DNA from: Chiloscyllium plagiosum
Taxonomy: Eukaryota
Direction: 5' to 3'
Length of the DNA stretch: 64,000 nucleotides
Assembly: GCF_004010195.1 (NCBI RefSeq)
Contig: NC_057719.1
Coordinates: forward strand, 64,361,794-64,425,793
How positions within the stretch are numbered: the first letter of the stretch is position 1; every line of letters begins with the position of its first letter. Below the pieces are notes generated by a model, which saw only the letters and a program-made list of their open reading frames with translations, searched no databases and was not told the DNA's origin. Shown piece by piece: positions 24,031 to 35,849 of this stretch. The position numbers and the translations under genes were made by a program.

Positions 24031-25469
24031 AGGATCGGTCTGCCAATTTTCTTCCAAGGTAGATGTAAGCAAGCAAAAAGATAATATTGATCTGTTTACT
24101 GGACCCTAAAAAGGGACCCACTGCAAAATGGTGTCAGGATTAAGGAAAATAAATTGGAGAAACCTGTCTTATCTATATCCTGATCCTCATGCACATTAGA
24201 GGTGATGTGTTGCAAATACAAAATGAGAACAAGTCCTTCATATTGATCACATTTTAAACAATGTGAATAGTAGTTGCTAAGACAAAATATATTTAGTGGT
24301 CTTACAATTGGCATGATTTTTAAAACATTTGGGAGGCAGTGTTAAGAGGTGTAAATGGAAGGAGGGAGGAATGTTGATAAAATTCAGACCAAATCAAACT
24401 GTGATAGGTTACAGTTGCTATACATACAGGCAAAGGAGACAGACCATAAAGCTCCACCTGGTTATCAAGTATGTAGTTGCAGGCATGACTTGCAGAATAG
24501 TGATGCCCAAATAAAGGCCATGACATGCAGTCGATAGTTAAAAGGTTAATGAGGGTTTAAATATTTATTTCCCCCTCAGTTCACTGGTTTATGAGCCTAA
24601 TTGATTAACAACCATTAGTGAGCAGATGCTATTCACTGTCAAGTTCCTGACTTGAGTTGCTTAAAAACCACTCAAATCAGTTGAGGAATATTGCAGAATG
24701 AGGATAGAAGAAAAATGTAGAACTTCACAAGTAGGTTGGTATTTAACATATTGCCCTCAGTAAGCAAAAGGGATGAGGAATTCACTTTGAATTGTCCTGC
24801 TCACTAAAGTCTTGAACTAGGAATTGAAATTATATCCTTTCATTTTCAATCTGATCACGCTAACAGCTGACCAGCTACTAAGGCACTGGTTTCAACCAGT
24901 CCTCTAACCAGGACTTGAACATGAATCCTTTAGACAGGTCACTACAGCAAAAGCAAGTTCTAAAGGAGAATAAATTCAATTTCATAACATAGGTGATTGA
25001 GATAGGTCTGGGTTATATCTAGCAATTTGAAAATTATACTTGTGTATTGAGAACAGAAGCTCCTTGATCTCAGTTTATATCAGTAGATATTTTAAGTGCG
25101 GCTGTTTTCCTTGGAGAAGATTTGAAAGGGTGTTCAAAATTGAGGTGCAAGCCCAATTGAGTCAATAGATCATGCTAAAAATATTTCCATTGGCAGAAGA
25201 ACCAAAAGGGAACTAACAAGAAGTTTGGCAAAAGCAAAAAAAAGACAAATTTAAAAATACACAGCCAGTAGTAAGGATCTGGAACACTATCCTGGAGTGT
25301 GGTGGAGGTAGCTCTACACCTTCAGAACAGAATTGGATTATCAGAAGAGCTGCGAGGTACAGGCAGTTGAGTGGGACCAGGAAAGTTATTGGTGCCAAGA
25401 AGCAGCACAGACAAAATGGGCCAAAATGTTACACAATAGTTTATACTCAGACTGGGGGAGGGGAAAGCA

Positions 25470-26160
25470 AAATGTGGCACAAAGAACAGGTACCCAATGA
25501 AAACAGTCTGCCAATTTCTCAGCAACACACCCCAACAAGCAGTCAACATGTCCAGAAACCCTAGCCACTCTCCCCCTATCAAAGGCATCTTGGAAATGAC
25601 TGTTAGACTACTCAGACCCCTTGGCATCATGGCAGCCCACAAACCCACCCACACACTAAAACAGCAGCTAATGAACTTTAAAGACCCTATACAGACAACA
25701 AGTAAAACTAATGTCACTTACAAAATACCTTGCAAGAACTGTAACTAACATTACATTGAAAAAACAGGCAGAAAACTAGCCACCCAAGGTACATGAACAT
25801 CAACTAGCCACAAAACAACAACATGACCCACTCTCACTAGTAACCTTACAGATAAGGACACCACTTTGACTGGGACAACACATCCATTCTAGGACAAGTC
25901 AACAGAGAGACACACGAGAATTCCTAGAAGTTTGGCATTCCAACTGGAACACCAACAAACACCAGACTTAGATCCCATTTACCACCCCCTGAGAAAAAGA
26001 ACAGGAAATGACATCACCAACCCAAGGAAACCAAAACAAATAAAAAGCAGGCCATGCCACCAGTGCTTCATCCAGAGGCTCATTGACTGTTATCTAGTAT
26101 GGTGATGAAACGTTTGGAAACTAACCTTCCAACTCAGCTAGCAAACCTACATCCACAACT
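25470..26160 (+). mobile_element. Penelope-like element fragment (family B): GIY-YIG endonuclease end plus pLTR
   Basis: TNVTYKIPCKNCN*HYI..TGRKL....HEHQLAT...FDWDNTSIL...REFLE; terminal repeat with decayed hammerhead (~26080-26118) homologous to 54290-54505. Confidence 0.8.
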
Positions 26161-26828
26161 CTTTGTTATGCACATAGTAATTTAGCTCAAATCAAGTTGC
26201 TTTGTCAAGACATCAGATCAAAATGCATACTTATGGAGGCTTTTGAAAAGATGCACAGCAAAACCCAGTTGAAAGCTGGCATTTTGGTTGGTGAAACATG
26301 AACAAGACTCCGTGTTGCAATGGTAGCTCTGCAGCCTGTATGCCAATCCTATTTTCTTTAGGAATTTTTGGTCATCTGCTTCTGCCACCTTAAGGCAATA
26401 GGTTCCAGGCCATTACCAAGAATCAAAAGAAAAATATTTCTCACATCCCTTTTTATCACTTGACCAAGCCTTAAGTTTGTATCCTAGTTTTCATACCAAC
26501 TATTTTGTTTATCTTATGGAAAGATGTCAATTTTGTATAACCATCTTTTCTCAGTCTCCTTTGACGTACAACCACAGCTTCTCCAACCTAACCTTCTCAC
26601 TAAACTGCTCTATTCCTGGAACCAGTCTAGCAAGTCTCCTCTGTAATGTTACATCTTAAAGTGTAAGAATGAGAACTGAATATTAATTGTGACAATCAGA
26701 ACTTGAGATTGGTGCAACTTCCCTGCTTTTGTCTACTGTACTTCTATTTATCAAACCCAAGATCTCACACTCATCTCTTAAGTCCTTCAAACAATAATCC
26801 CCAGATCCCTGTCTCCCACTGTAGAACT

Positions 26829-26930
26829 GTCAAAAATCAAACACCAGGTTATGATCCAATATGTTTATTGGAAATTGCAAGCTTTTGGAGCAATTTCAAA
26901 TAAACCTGAGACTATAACCTGATTTTTGAC
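26829..26930. mobile_element. Degenerate fold-back copy of hammerhead short element family C
   Basis: Arms GTCAAAAATCA...TTTATTGGAAATTGC / GCAATTTCAAATAAAC...TGATTTTTGAC; similar to 55630-55700. Confidence 0.6.
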
Positions 26931-27074
26931 CTTGTTCATTTCCTGAAGAAGGGCCTGTGCCCGAAACGTCGAATCTCCTGTTCCCTGGATGCTGCCTGAC
27001 CTGCTGTGCTGTTCCAGCAATAAAGTTTCAACTTTGATCTCCAGCATCTGCAGACTTCACTTTCTCCTTGTTCA
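26930..27074 (+). mobile_element. PLE-derived hammerhead element (family A2)
   Basis: TTC-CTGAAGA-A-GGGC-CTGT-GCCC-GAAA-C-GTC-GAA (26940-26973); flanking duplication CCTTGTTCA at 26930-26938 and 27066-27074. Confidence 0.8.
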
Positions 27075-27889
27075 CTCCAGTCCAACTCTGGCATCTCCAC
27101 ATCATGTAGACCTCTGCACTAAAGTCCATATTGCCTTTTCCTAGCCCCTTTTCCCAAATGCAACAACTTTCACAATACAATACCAAATTCCATCTACCAT
27201 TTGTCTGTCCATTCTGCAGACTTTGTCAATTGTTAGCAGCCTTATTGCTTGCTACATCTCCATGTTTTGTATCATTTAAAATTGAACAACCTTTTCTGCT
27301 CATCCATGATTTAGTGTTGGTCAGACTAAGACAATTAAAAATATCTAGTTCATGGTTAATGTGTTTTAGTATTTACTCTTTGGTTTTAGGATTAAAGTTT
27401 CTACCGAAAATGGGATAAATTTAAATGAAGCAAATGGAAACAGAGATTAATAGTAGAGTAGCAGCATCAGAAATTGCAGATGGGCTTGTTGATCAAAGGA
27501 TATTGTCTGTACTGCTTGTAGTAATGCCAGTCTAGACACGGTTTTGGGTTTCTGAAAAGCCAAACCCATTTACTTCTTCAGATTAAAAAAGAAATTAAGT
27601 AGACAGCTCAGAGCAGACTATCATAAGGCTGGGTGGAGCTTAACATAATTCTCAAATTAGATACTACCAGCAAAACTAACAATTTACAAAGTACCATGCA
27701 AGAACTGTAAAAACAAAACACTACATCAGACATGAACAAGCATGAAACTTGCCACCAGGATACATGAACATCAACTAGCTACCAAACAACACGACCCACA
27801 ATCACTCGTTTCTATACATATAGACAAAGAAGGACATTTTGACTGGGACAACTCAGAACAAGCAAAACAAAAACATGCATGAGAATTCG

Positions 27890-28470
27890 AGTCATAGAGC
27901 CACAGAGATGTACAACACGGAAACAGACTCTTTGGTCCAACTCTTCCATACTGACCAGATATCCCAACCCAATCTAGTCCCACCTGCCAGCACCCAGCTC
28001 ATATCCCTCCAAACCTTTCCTATTCATATACCCATCTAGATGCCTTTTAAACATTGCAATCATACTAGCCTCCACCATTTCCTCTGGCAGCTCATTCCAT
28101 ACATGCACCACCCTCTCCGTGAAAAAGTTGCCCCTTAGATCTCTTATATCTTTCCCCTCACCCTAAACCTATGCCCTCTAGTTCTGGACTCCTCCATCCC
28201 AGGGAAGAGACTTTGCCTATTTATCCTATCCATGCCCCTCAATTTTATAAACCTCTACAAGGTCACCCCTCAGCCTCAGACACTCCATGGAAAACAGTCC
28301 TAGCCTATTCAATGTCTCCCTATAGCCCGAATCCTCCAACCATGGCAACATCCTTCTAAATCTTTCCTGAACCCTGTCAAGTTTCACAACATCCTTCCGA
28401 TAGGGAGGAGACTAGATTTGCACGCAGTATTCCAACAGTGGCCTAACCAATGTCCTGTACAGCCACAACA
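27890..28470 (-). mobile_element. CR1 3' end inserted into the Penelope remnant
   Basis: Reverse complement of the CR1 tail and LEYCV region. Confidence 0.88.
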
Positions 28471-28499
28471 CATCCTCAAGGCCTGGTGTTCTAACTGAA

Positions 28500-29135
28500 C
28501 TTATGGAAAATAAAATAATGAAAGCATGGGAAGGGTTAAAAAGCATGAAGACCACTGGCAATCTGTGGTCTGTGGAAGGCAGGATGGGAAAAGAATAGTG
28601 GAATGCTCTTAACCTTACTCTGCTAATTGGTGTAAGGCTGAAAGGTCACTATGGCAAGATGAGATAACAGTAGAGGTAGTTTCTCTGTTAAGTGTCATTA
28701 TGGTAGGATTGGGACAAGACATTAAAATATCTAATCAATAGTTAGTAGAGTCAGCATGAGACAGGAGACTATTGTAATAGATGGAATAGCTAAATATCTA
28801 TCAATCATGACAGGTTAGTCTAGAATGCAAGATCACTGTAGCAGAGGTGATAATAAATGTCTAACCATGACAGTAGAATAACTAAGTAAAATGTACAACT
28901 AGAGATAATGGGAACTAACATCACTAGTTTATTGTGTAGTTAAAGTGAGGTTTTTTGATTAATATAGTTGGACATGCTGATAAGCTAACAGAAACATGAT
29001 AAAAATAAAAATCCACAGGTTTAGAGGTATTCGAGAATCAGCTTTCTCAGTGTCATGGTTTTTTGTTTGCAAATAAAAGACCTACTTCTTGAAGAACACT
29101 GTCTCCTGGTGATTCTCTACATTTTCTCTATGACA
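28500..29135 (+). mobile_element. Solo-LTR-like insertion inside the Penelope remnant
   Basis: Interrupts colinear PLE sequence; AATAAA at ~29072; ends ...TATGACA. Confidence 0.4.
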
Positions 29136-29829
29136 AATTCCATCAATAAACTCATCCCTGGGAAAAAGAACCAGAAATGACATCACCCACCTTAAGAAAC
29201 AAGACCTGGAACATACCACCAGTTCTTCACCAGAGATGCTCACTGATGTTACCTAGTCATGGTGGTGAAAACGTCGGAGAATAAACCTTCCAGCTCAACA
29301 AGCTAACTTACAAATCAACCTGAGCAACAGATCTTAAAAATTGCTCATGGTTCTCCAATTTCAATTTGTGTGTGTGTTATGTGGGAGATAGTTAGTTGCA
29401 GTTTTGAGCTGGGTAAGTGCTGCAAAGGAAGTGGCTCCTAACTGCACAGTTACCAGACTTAGACAGGTCGGGCTCAGGGGAAAACCCAAAAAGTAGTGGT
29501 TTCATTCTGTGGGGAAAAAAAAGAGCTAAAAAGCAGCTGATAATGAGAAACGAGCCCATCAACAGCACTTCCTAATACAGCAGTGAAAGATCAGAGCTTG
29601 TAGAAATGCAGGAGCAGCTCAGTGAAGCCAGCTACATGACAAGTGGAAATTAAAACTGAAAACAGAGTCAGATTTTGGAAGTTTTCCAAGGCCAGATTGT
29701 TGGAAATGAGGGAACAAAATTCCTTGTAAAGTGAGACATTCACTTTGATGACCCACAGCGTCAGTAAAGTCTGAGTCAAATCTGGCTTGGTTGCATTGGC
29801 CAGTTAAAGTGCAGTTTAGATTTTTTTTT

Positions 29830-30140
29830 AAGATTAGATTAGATTCCCTAGTGTGGAAACAGGCCCTTTGGCCCAACAAGCCCACACCAACCCTTCGCAG
29901 AGTAACCCACCCAGACCCATTTCCCTCTGACTAACGCACCTAACCCATGGGCAATTTAGCATGGCCAATTCACCTGACCTGTACATCTTTGGATTGTGGG
30001 ATGAAACCAGAGCATCTAGAGGAAACCCACGCAGACACGGGGAGAATGTGCAAACTCCACTCAGACAGTCGCCAGAGGCTGGAATCGAACCCTAGTGCTG
30101 TGAAGCAGCAGTGCTAACCACTGAGCCACCGTGCCACCCC
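29830..30140 (-). mobile_element. tRNA-derived V-SINE (HE1-like)
   Basis: - strand: GGTGGCACGGTGGCTCAGTGGTTAGC (box A), GGTTCGATTCC (box B), V-domain TTTGCACATTCTCCCCGTGTCTGCGTGGGTTTCCTC, (AATCT)n tail. Confidence 0.88.
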
Positions 30141-30141
30141 A

Positions 30142-30453
30142 TTAAATGCAGTGAACAACAAAGGTTAAGTAGTGGGATTCCAGCATTGAATTGCAATGCC
30201 CAAAAATTTATTATACAACTTGAACAAAAACAAACCTCAGTTTGTGGGATGTTTCTCTGTTAACTTGATTAACAACTTAGTCCTGAATGTTAGTTTCAGT
30301 TGCATATGGTGTACATGATTTAGAATCATTTTTACTGTTCAGTACACTACTTAATCATTGTTTTGTTCAAGTTGTGTAATAATTTTTGGGCATTGCAATT
30401 CAATGCTGGAATCCCACCACTTCACCTTTGTTCTACATTGCATTTAAAAAAAT
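30142..30453. repeat. ~90-bp inverted repeat with ~125-bp spacer
   Basis: 30142-30232 is the near-exact reverse complement of 30358-30447. Confidence 0.9.
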
Positions 30454-30683
30454 ATGGTCCACCATGTCAGATCACAGTATTCTCAAATCTGGATTTTAGC
30501 ATCATGCCTTTGACTGTGTTGTGTTGATGGTTCCCTATACAGTGCACTGTGACTGACCTTATTCCTCCAAGTGAACAGAAGGGCCAACAGTGAAACCATG
30601 GTTTCCAGAGTTAGAATTGGAGACAGAGGAATAAATTAGCATTAATGGGTGTCTTATTAGGATGACAATGTGAAAAGCAATTC

Positions 30684-32450
30684 ATAGAGTCATAGCCATA
30701 GAGACGTACAGCACAGAAACAGACCCTTCAGTCCAACTCGCCCATGCCAACCAGATATCCCAACCCAATCTATTCCCACCTGCCAGCACCTGGCCCATAT
30801 TTCTCCAAGCCCTTCCTATTCATATACCCATCCAGATGCCTTTAGAATGTTGCAATTGCACCAGCCTCTAGCACCTCCTCTGGCAGCTCATTCCATACAC
30901 GCACCACCCTCTACGTGAAAAGTTACCCCTTAGGTCTCTTTTATATCTTTCCCCTCTTACCCTAAACCTATGCCCTCTAGTTCTGGACTCCCCCAGCCCA
31001 GGGAAGAGACTTTGTCTATTTACCCTATCCATGCCCCTCATGAGGTTATAAACCTCTAAGGTCACCCTTCAGCCTCCGACACTCTAGGGAAAACAGCCCC
31101 AGCCTATTCAACCTCTCCCTTTATTCAAATCCTCCAACCCTGGCAACATCTTTGTTAGTCTTTTTTGAACCCTTTCAAATTTCACAACATCTTTCCGATA
31201 GGAAGGAGACCAGAATTGCACACAGTATTCCAACAGTGGCCTAACCAATGTCCTGTAGAGCCACATGACCTCCCAACTCCTATACTCAATACCCTGACCA
31301 ATAAAGGAAAGCATACCAAACGCCTTCTTCACTATCCTATCTACCTGTGACTACACTTTCAAGGAGCTATGAACCTGCACTCCAAGGTCTCTTTGTTCAG
31401 GAAAACTCCCGAGGACCTTACCATTAAGTGTATATGACCTGCTAAGATTTGCTTTCCCAAAATGAAGCACCTCACATTTATCTAAACTAAACTCCATCTG
31501 CCACTTCTCAGCCCACTGGCCCATCTGATCAAGATCCCATTGTAATCAGAGGTAACCTTCTTCACTGTCCACTACATCTCCAATTTTGGTGTCATCAGCA
31601 AACTTACTAACTATACCTCTTATGCTCCCATCCAAATCATTTATATAAATGATGAAAAGAAGTGGACCCAGCACCGATCCTTGTGGCACTCCACTGGTCA
31701 CAGGCCTCCAGTCTGAAAAAACAACCCTCCACTACCACCCAGTGGTGGAGCCAGTTCTGTATCCAAATGACGAGTTCTCCCCGTATTCCTGAAGGGCTTA
31801 TGCCCGAAACGTCGATTCTCCTGTTCCCTGGATGCTGCCTGACCTGCTGCGCTGTTCCAGCAACACATTTTCAGCTTCAGTGAAATCTAACCTTGCTCAC
31901 CAGTCTCCCATGGGGAACCTTGCTGAAGTCCATATAGATCACATCTACCAATCTGCCACCATCAATCCTTTGTTACTTCTTCAAAAGACTCAACCAAGTT
32001 TGCGAAACATGATTTCCCACACACAAAGCCATGTTGACTATTCCTAATCAGTCCTTCCTTTCCAAATACATGTACATCCTGTCCCTCAGGATTCCCTCCA
32101 ACAACTTGCCCACCACCGACATCAGGCTTACCGGTCTATAGTTGCCTGGCTTGTCTTTACTACCTTTCTTAAACAGTGGCACCACGTTTGCCAATCTCCA
32201 GTCTTCCTGCACCTCACCTCTGACTACCGATGATACAAATCTCAGCAAGAAGCCCAGCAATCACTTCCCTAGCTTCCCACAGAGTTCTAGGGTATACCTG
32301 ATCAGGTCCTGGGGATTTATCCACTTTGATGCATTTCAAGACAACTAGCACTTCCTCCTCTAATATGGAGATTTTTTCTCAAGATGTCAACATTTATTTC
32401 CCTACATTCTGTATCTTTCATGTCCTTTTCCACAGTAAACACTGATGTAA
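30684..32450 (-). mobile_element. CR1 LINE RT + 3' tail
   Basis: PLFKKGSKDKPGNYRPVSL, RPLLEYCVQFWSP; interrupted at 31786-31876. Confidence 0.92.
31786..31876 (+). mobile_element. Short family A2 element inserted in CR1 (hammerhead core deleted)
   Basis: ATTCCTGAAGGGCTTATGCCCGAAACGTCGATT...CATTTTCAGCT. Confidence 0.75.
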
Positions 32451-33949
32451 GGATAGCACCATGAACACAATACTAGAAATAGATGAGGACAGAGAGACAC
32501 CAGAGTTGGTGCACAATTTGATGCAAAATTTTTAAAAAGTAAACAAATTCTAATTGTCAGACCAAATCCAAAGCTAGGTAAAACGTGGACATTCCAAAGA
32601 CATTGGTCACATGCACGCTTGTCAGAAACAACTGCGTGGTGTTTTCCAAATGCCACAAAAGAATTGGCTTATTCAATACCAACAATTGTTTAAATAAAGC
32701 TAGTCAAATTTAAACTCTTTATTGGCATTAGATATGCTGCAATTTCTGTCAATTTTCCAGAACCTTTCAAGGCAGCACTGAAAACACACAGATGAGTTAT
32801 ATATTCATTGATGTACACTGAGCTCCTTATCTCCCAACAAGTAATTGCAAAAAAAAAATGTGTCAACTGAAAAGTCAGTCCATGCCATCATGACACCTGT
32901 ACCTCAGCATTTCATTCCACAGCTCAGGGGGAAAATCAGACAAATTGATTAGCCAAAAGTAAACTGTAAGCACAACTGAGTCCTTTGTCCTTCTCTGATG
33001 GGTGGAGTGGGGACAAGAGGGGAACTCAATGTAGAGCAATAAATACATAGCTGCCTTTGATATTTTTGTCTGCAACCTAGGCTGGCTGCAGTAGTTTTGA
33101 AAAAGGGGAGGAACCATCACCAGCTACCAATGGCAACATTTATGAAACGGAGATCAGCATGCACTACTTTTAGGAATTGGTGAAATGAGGTAGTATAGTT
33201 TGCTTGGGATAAAGGGAAAGTATAATTGTTTCAGGCATGCATGCAACCAATTTTTTTAAACTTATTTTTAAGGCAGAAGTAAAGGAATTGACTAAGAGTC
33301 AAAAAATATTAGTGTAGACAGCAAAGTGAAATTGAGGCTACAGTGAGTTAATGTGTTAAAATGGCAAATGGTCCTCTCCTTACCAGAGTTCGTACATTCA
33401 TTGTACTTCATTTTACCTCTTGCAACATTTTTCTGTGGAAATGCCCACATTTAGTCAGGAGAAAGATTTAAAAAGAGAAACAAAAGAGAGTATTTTGTTT
33501 TTTAAAAAAAGTGGCTCCTGTATGAACTTTCAGAGGAAGTGGCGGATGTGGGTACAATTACAACATTTAAAAGACATTTAAATAAGTATAATAAGTGTTT
33601 GGAGGGATGTAGGCCAAGTGCAGGCAAGTGGGAGTGGTTTATTTGGTATTATGGTCAGCATGGACTGGTTGGGCTGAAGGGTCTGCTTCCATGCTGTATG
33701 ACTCCCAAGTCATACCAGAACAGTTCCTTTTCAAATAAGGAGACAGGTTTGCATTTCTGCAGCACAAGGCCATAAAACACACTGCGGTTTTTTTTTAAAG
33801 ATCTAATCATGTACTTTAAACATGGTCAGGACGCTGAAACGCACCAGCCAGTTTACACACAGCAAGTTCCAAGAAATAATGTGTGTGATCGTGACGAGGT
33901 TATCTTTTTTTAAAAGAACGTCGTTGGACATTTGTTCAATCCCCTCCAC

Positions 33950-34040
33950 AAGATGGCCCAGCTCAGTAAGTGTGTGGAGTGGAGTTTGAACCACAGCCTT
34001 CTGACTCCAGTTAAAAAACAATTACCACCTGAGCCCGTGC
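33950..34040 (-). mobile_element. Decayed tRNA-derived SINE head
   Basis: - strand GGCTCAGGTGGTAA...GAGTCAGAAGGCTGTGGTTCAAACTCC (box A/B-like). Confidence 0.5.
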
Positions 34041-34831
34041 AGTAATTGGGAGACCATTCAAATCTGTGGATTTTCTGGTCTTTTAACTATATCCTCGTTT
34101 TATGGACAACATCTAAAATTAGTAATCCGGAAAATAGTAAGGTTAAGCAAAATGTTGCAAATGCAAAAGAGCAAACCCTCAGGTCAGGTATTCTCAAATG
34201 GAAAGGAGATGCCAGAAACATTAGTTTTTTTTCAGATGCAGATAGTACCCAGCTTGGTTTGCAGAATTGCTGGTGGACAACGCGGTCTCTCAGGAGTACA
34301 GAGAAACACGGGATAAATTCTGGTTCAGATTTGTAGAAGCAATATTTTTACAAAACAACATCTTGGCTGGAATGCAGCGGCCATCTAACGCTGTGACACG
34401 TTACTCTCTGCACCATGCGGCAAATCGAGAGAAAAGTCAACTGAAGTTATTCACAGTATACTTTTTTTAAACAAAGCCACTAAACGGAAACTATTATTTG
34501 CAGTGCTGGATGGGAAGCAAGTTTGGTTTTTTTCCTCTCAACAAAAAGAGGGTCATTACGGTCACGGTCCTGGCTTCCTTCAATTGTGGGAATCTGAAGG
34601 AGGAACATTCCTGGGGGAATTAACTGGAGCGGTTTGAGGACAGCGCTGGTACACCCCAGCACACACAGGAAAGCAGCGTCTGCCTGGCTCCCTGCCGATT
34701 GAGGCCAGCGGGACAGCTCTGCAGCATCTCCCGGAGTAAGGAGACCGCACTCAGTGAACCCTCACTCCAGGGGCCGCCACGCCATCCTCCTCTCTAACCC
34801 CCAACCCCCCCTCACCTCCTCCACAACTCAC

Positions 34832-34904
34832 CCAGACCCGAAAGTCTCTCCACTAAGCCGGCGTCCCGGATCGCCTGCGGTCCCCCTTCCACTCCTCGGC
34901 GTTT
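34832..34904 (-). CDS. ARG2: ARG2 exon 2
   Basis: KRRGVEGGPQAIRDAGLVERLSGL(G); TTTCAG acceptor, GTGAGT donor; 73 nt. Confidence 0.96.
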
Positions 34905-35126
34905 CTGAAAGGAGACATGTTTTGTTTTTAAAAAGGGACGGAGGGCATTTACAAACCCCGGTCCGGAGACCGAATCAGAACAGCGAGTCATCCTCCAATT
35001 TAGTTCCACGCCAGCATGCACCAGCCTCTGAATCTACCATCACTGTAGCAGTGGTGTAGGCTTGCCTATCGGCTCTCTGTTTAAAAAGCTAACAAAACGC
35101 TGTGCTGTTTTACTCATGCTCAGTAC

Positions 35127-35243
35127 CTGGCCATAGGAGAACGGTGCTCCAATGATCCCCACAGAATGTGCCGATCGCCTCTGCTTGGGGAACCAGCCCC
35201 GCTGCTTCACCAGAAGGTGCCGCGCACCCCTCTGCAAAGACAT
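35127..35243 (-). CDS. ARG2: ARG2 exon 1 (mitochondrial presequence)
   Basis: MSLQRGARHLLVKQRGWFPKQRRSAHSVGIIGAPFSYGQ: an Arg-rich, acid-free presequence followed by the conserved IGAPFSxGQ; donor CAG|GTACTG. Confidence 0.95.
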
Positions 35244-35254
35244 CTTTTCAGTTT

Positions 35255-35500
35255 CGGGGTGAGCGGCGGGGCAGTCCCCTTTTTATAAATGCGCTGCTCC
35301 ATCAACATCCCTGCGATTGGTTAACCCATCATGGGCGGAAATACTCGCGAGCGAAGAAGTGTCAGGGGAGACCGTCCCTTCCACACGCACACCCACTGAA
35401 CGCTGGGCTATTTTAAAATATCCCCCGACTCGCAGCGCGGACCGACTCAAAAGCAGGCAGAAGGCGACTTCACTCGCAGTCTTCTTCCCCTCGCCTCCCG
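35255..35500 (-). promoter_or_regulatory. ARG2 proximal promoter
   Basis: TATAAAA on the - strand at 35287-35281, CCAAT at 35320-35316, GC box ~35333-35338; CpG-rich region ~34650-35500. Confidence 0.65.
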
Positions 35501-35849
35501 AAGCTGATTTCTTTGTGGGATTGTGGCTCCACAAGTGGTGAGCACCCTCTAACGCTCTGCCCTGCAAGTAGCCATTATCCTTGCGTGAGTTCAGGACAGT
35601 CTATTAGATACTGGCAACTTCATTATAACCACTACCCTCTTCCCCCACCCCTCCAATTTTGTCCAGCAAACATGCCTGGAGAGGTGCATCGGATACATGT
35701 ACCCCGCAGATTAATTAATTGATGAACATTTAATAGATTTGCCTGTAACTGTTGGTTAGATTTGCTGAGCAAAAGTGTGAAACTAACATAGTGAACTAAC
35801 ATGGTGGAAAATTGTTTATGTCAGGATAGTACAAGGATATTAATATGAG

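Larger units (their letters stand above)
27560..29345 (+). mobile_element. Penelope-like (family B) GIY-YIG/pLTR remnant interrupted by later insertions
   Basis: IYKVPCKNCK...LATRIHEHQLATKQHD...GHFDWDN (27680-27890); resumes at ~28475 and ~29136 with the pLTR and a decayed hammerhead (~29243-29280). Confidence 0.75.

Noticed and set aside
30060-30140. tRNA gene
   Set aside because: Box A/B are present but it continues into a V-domain and LINE-like tail, so it is a SINE head; no cloverleaf.
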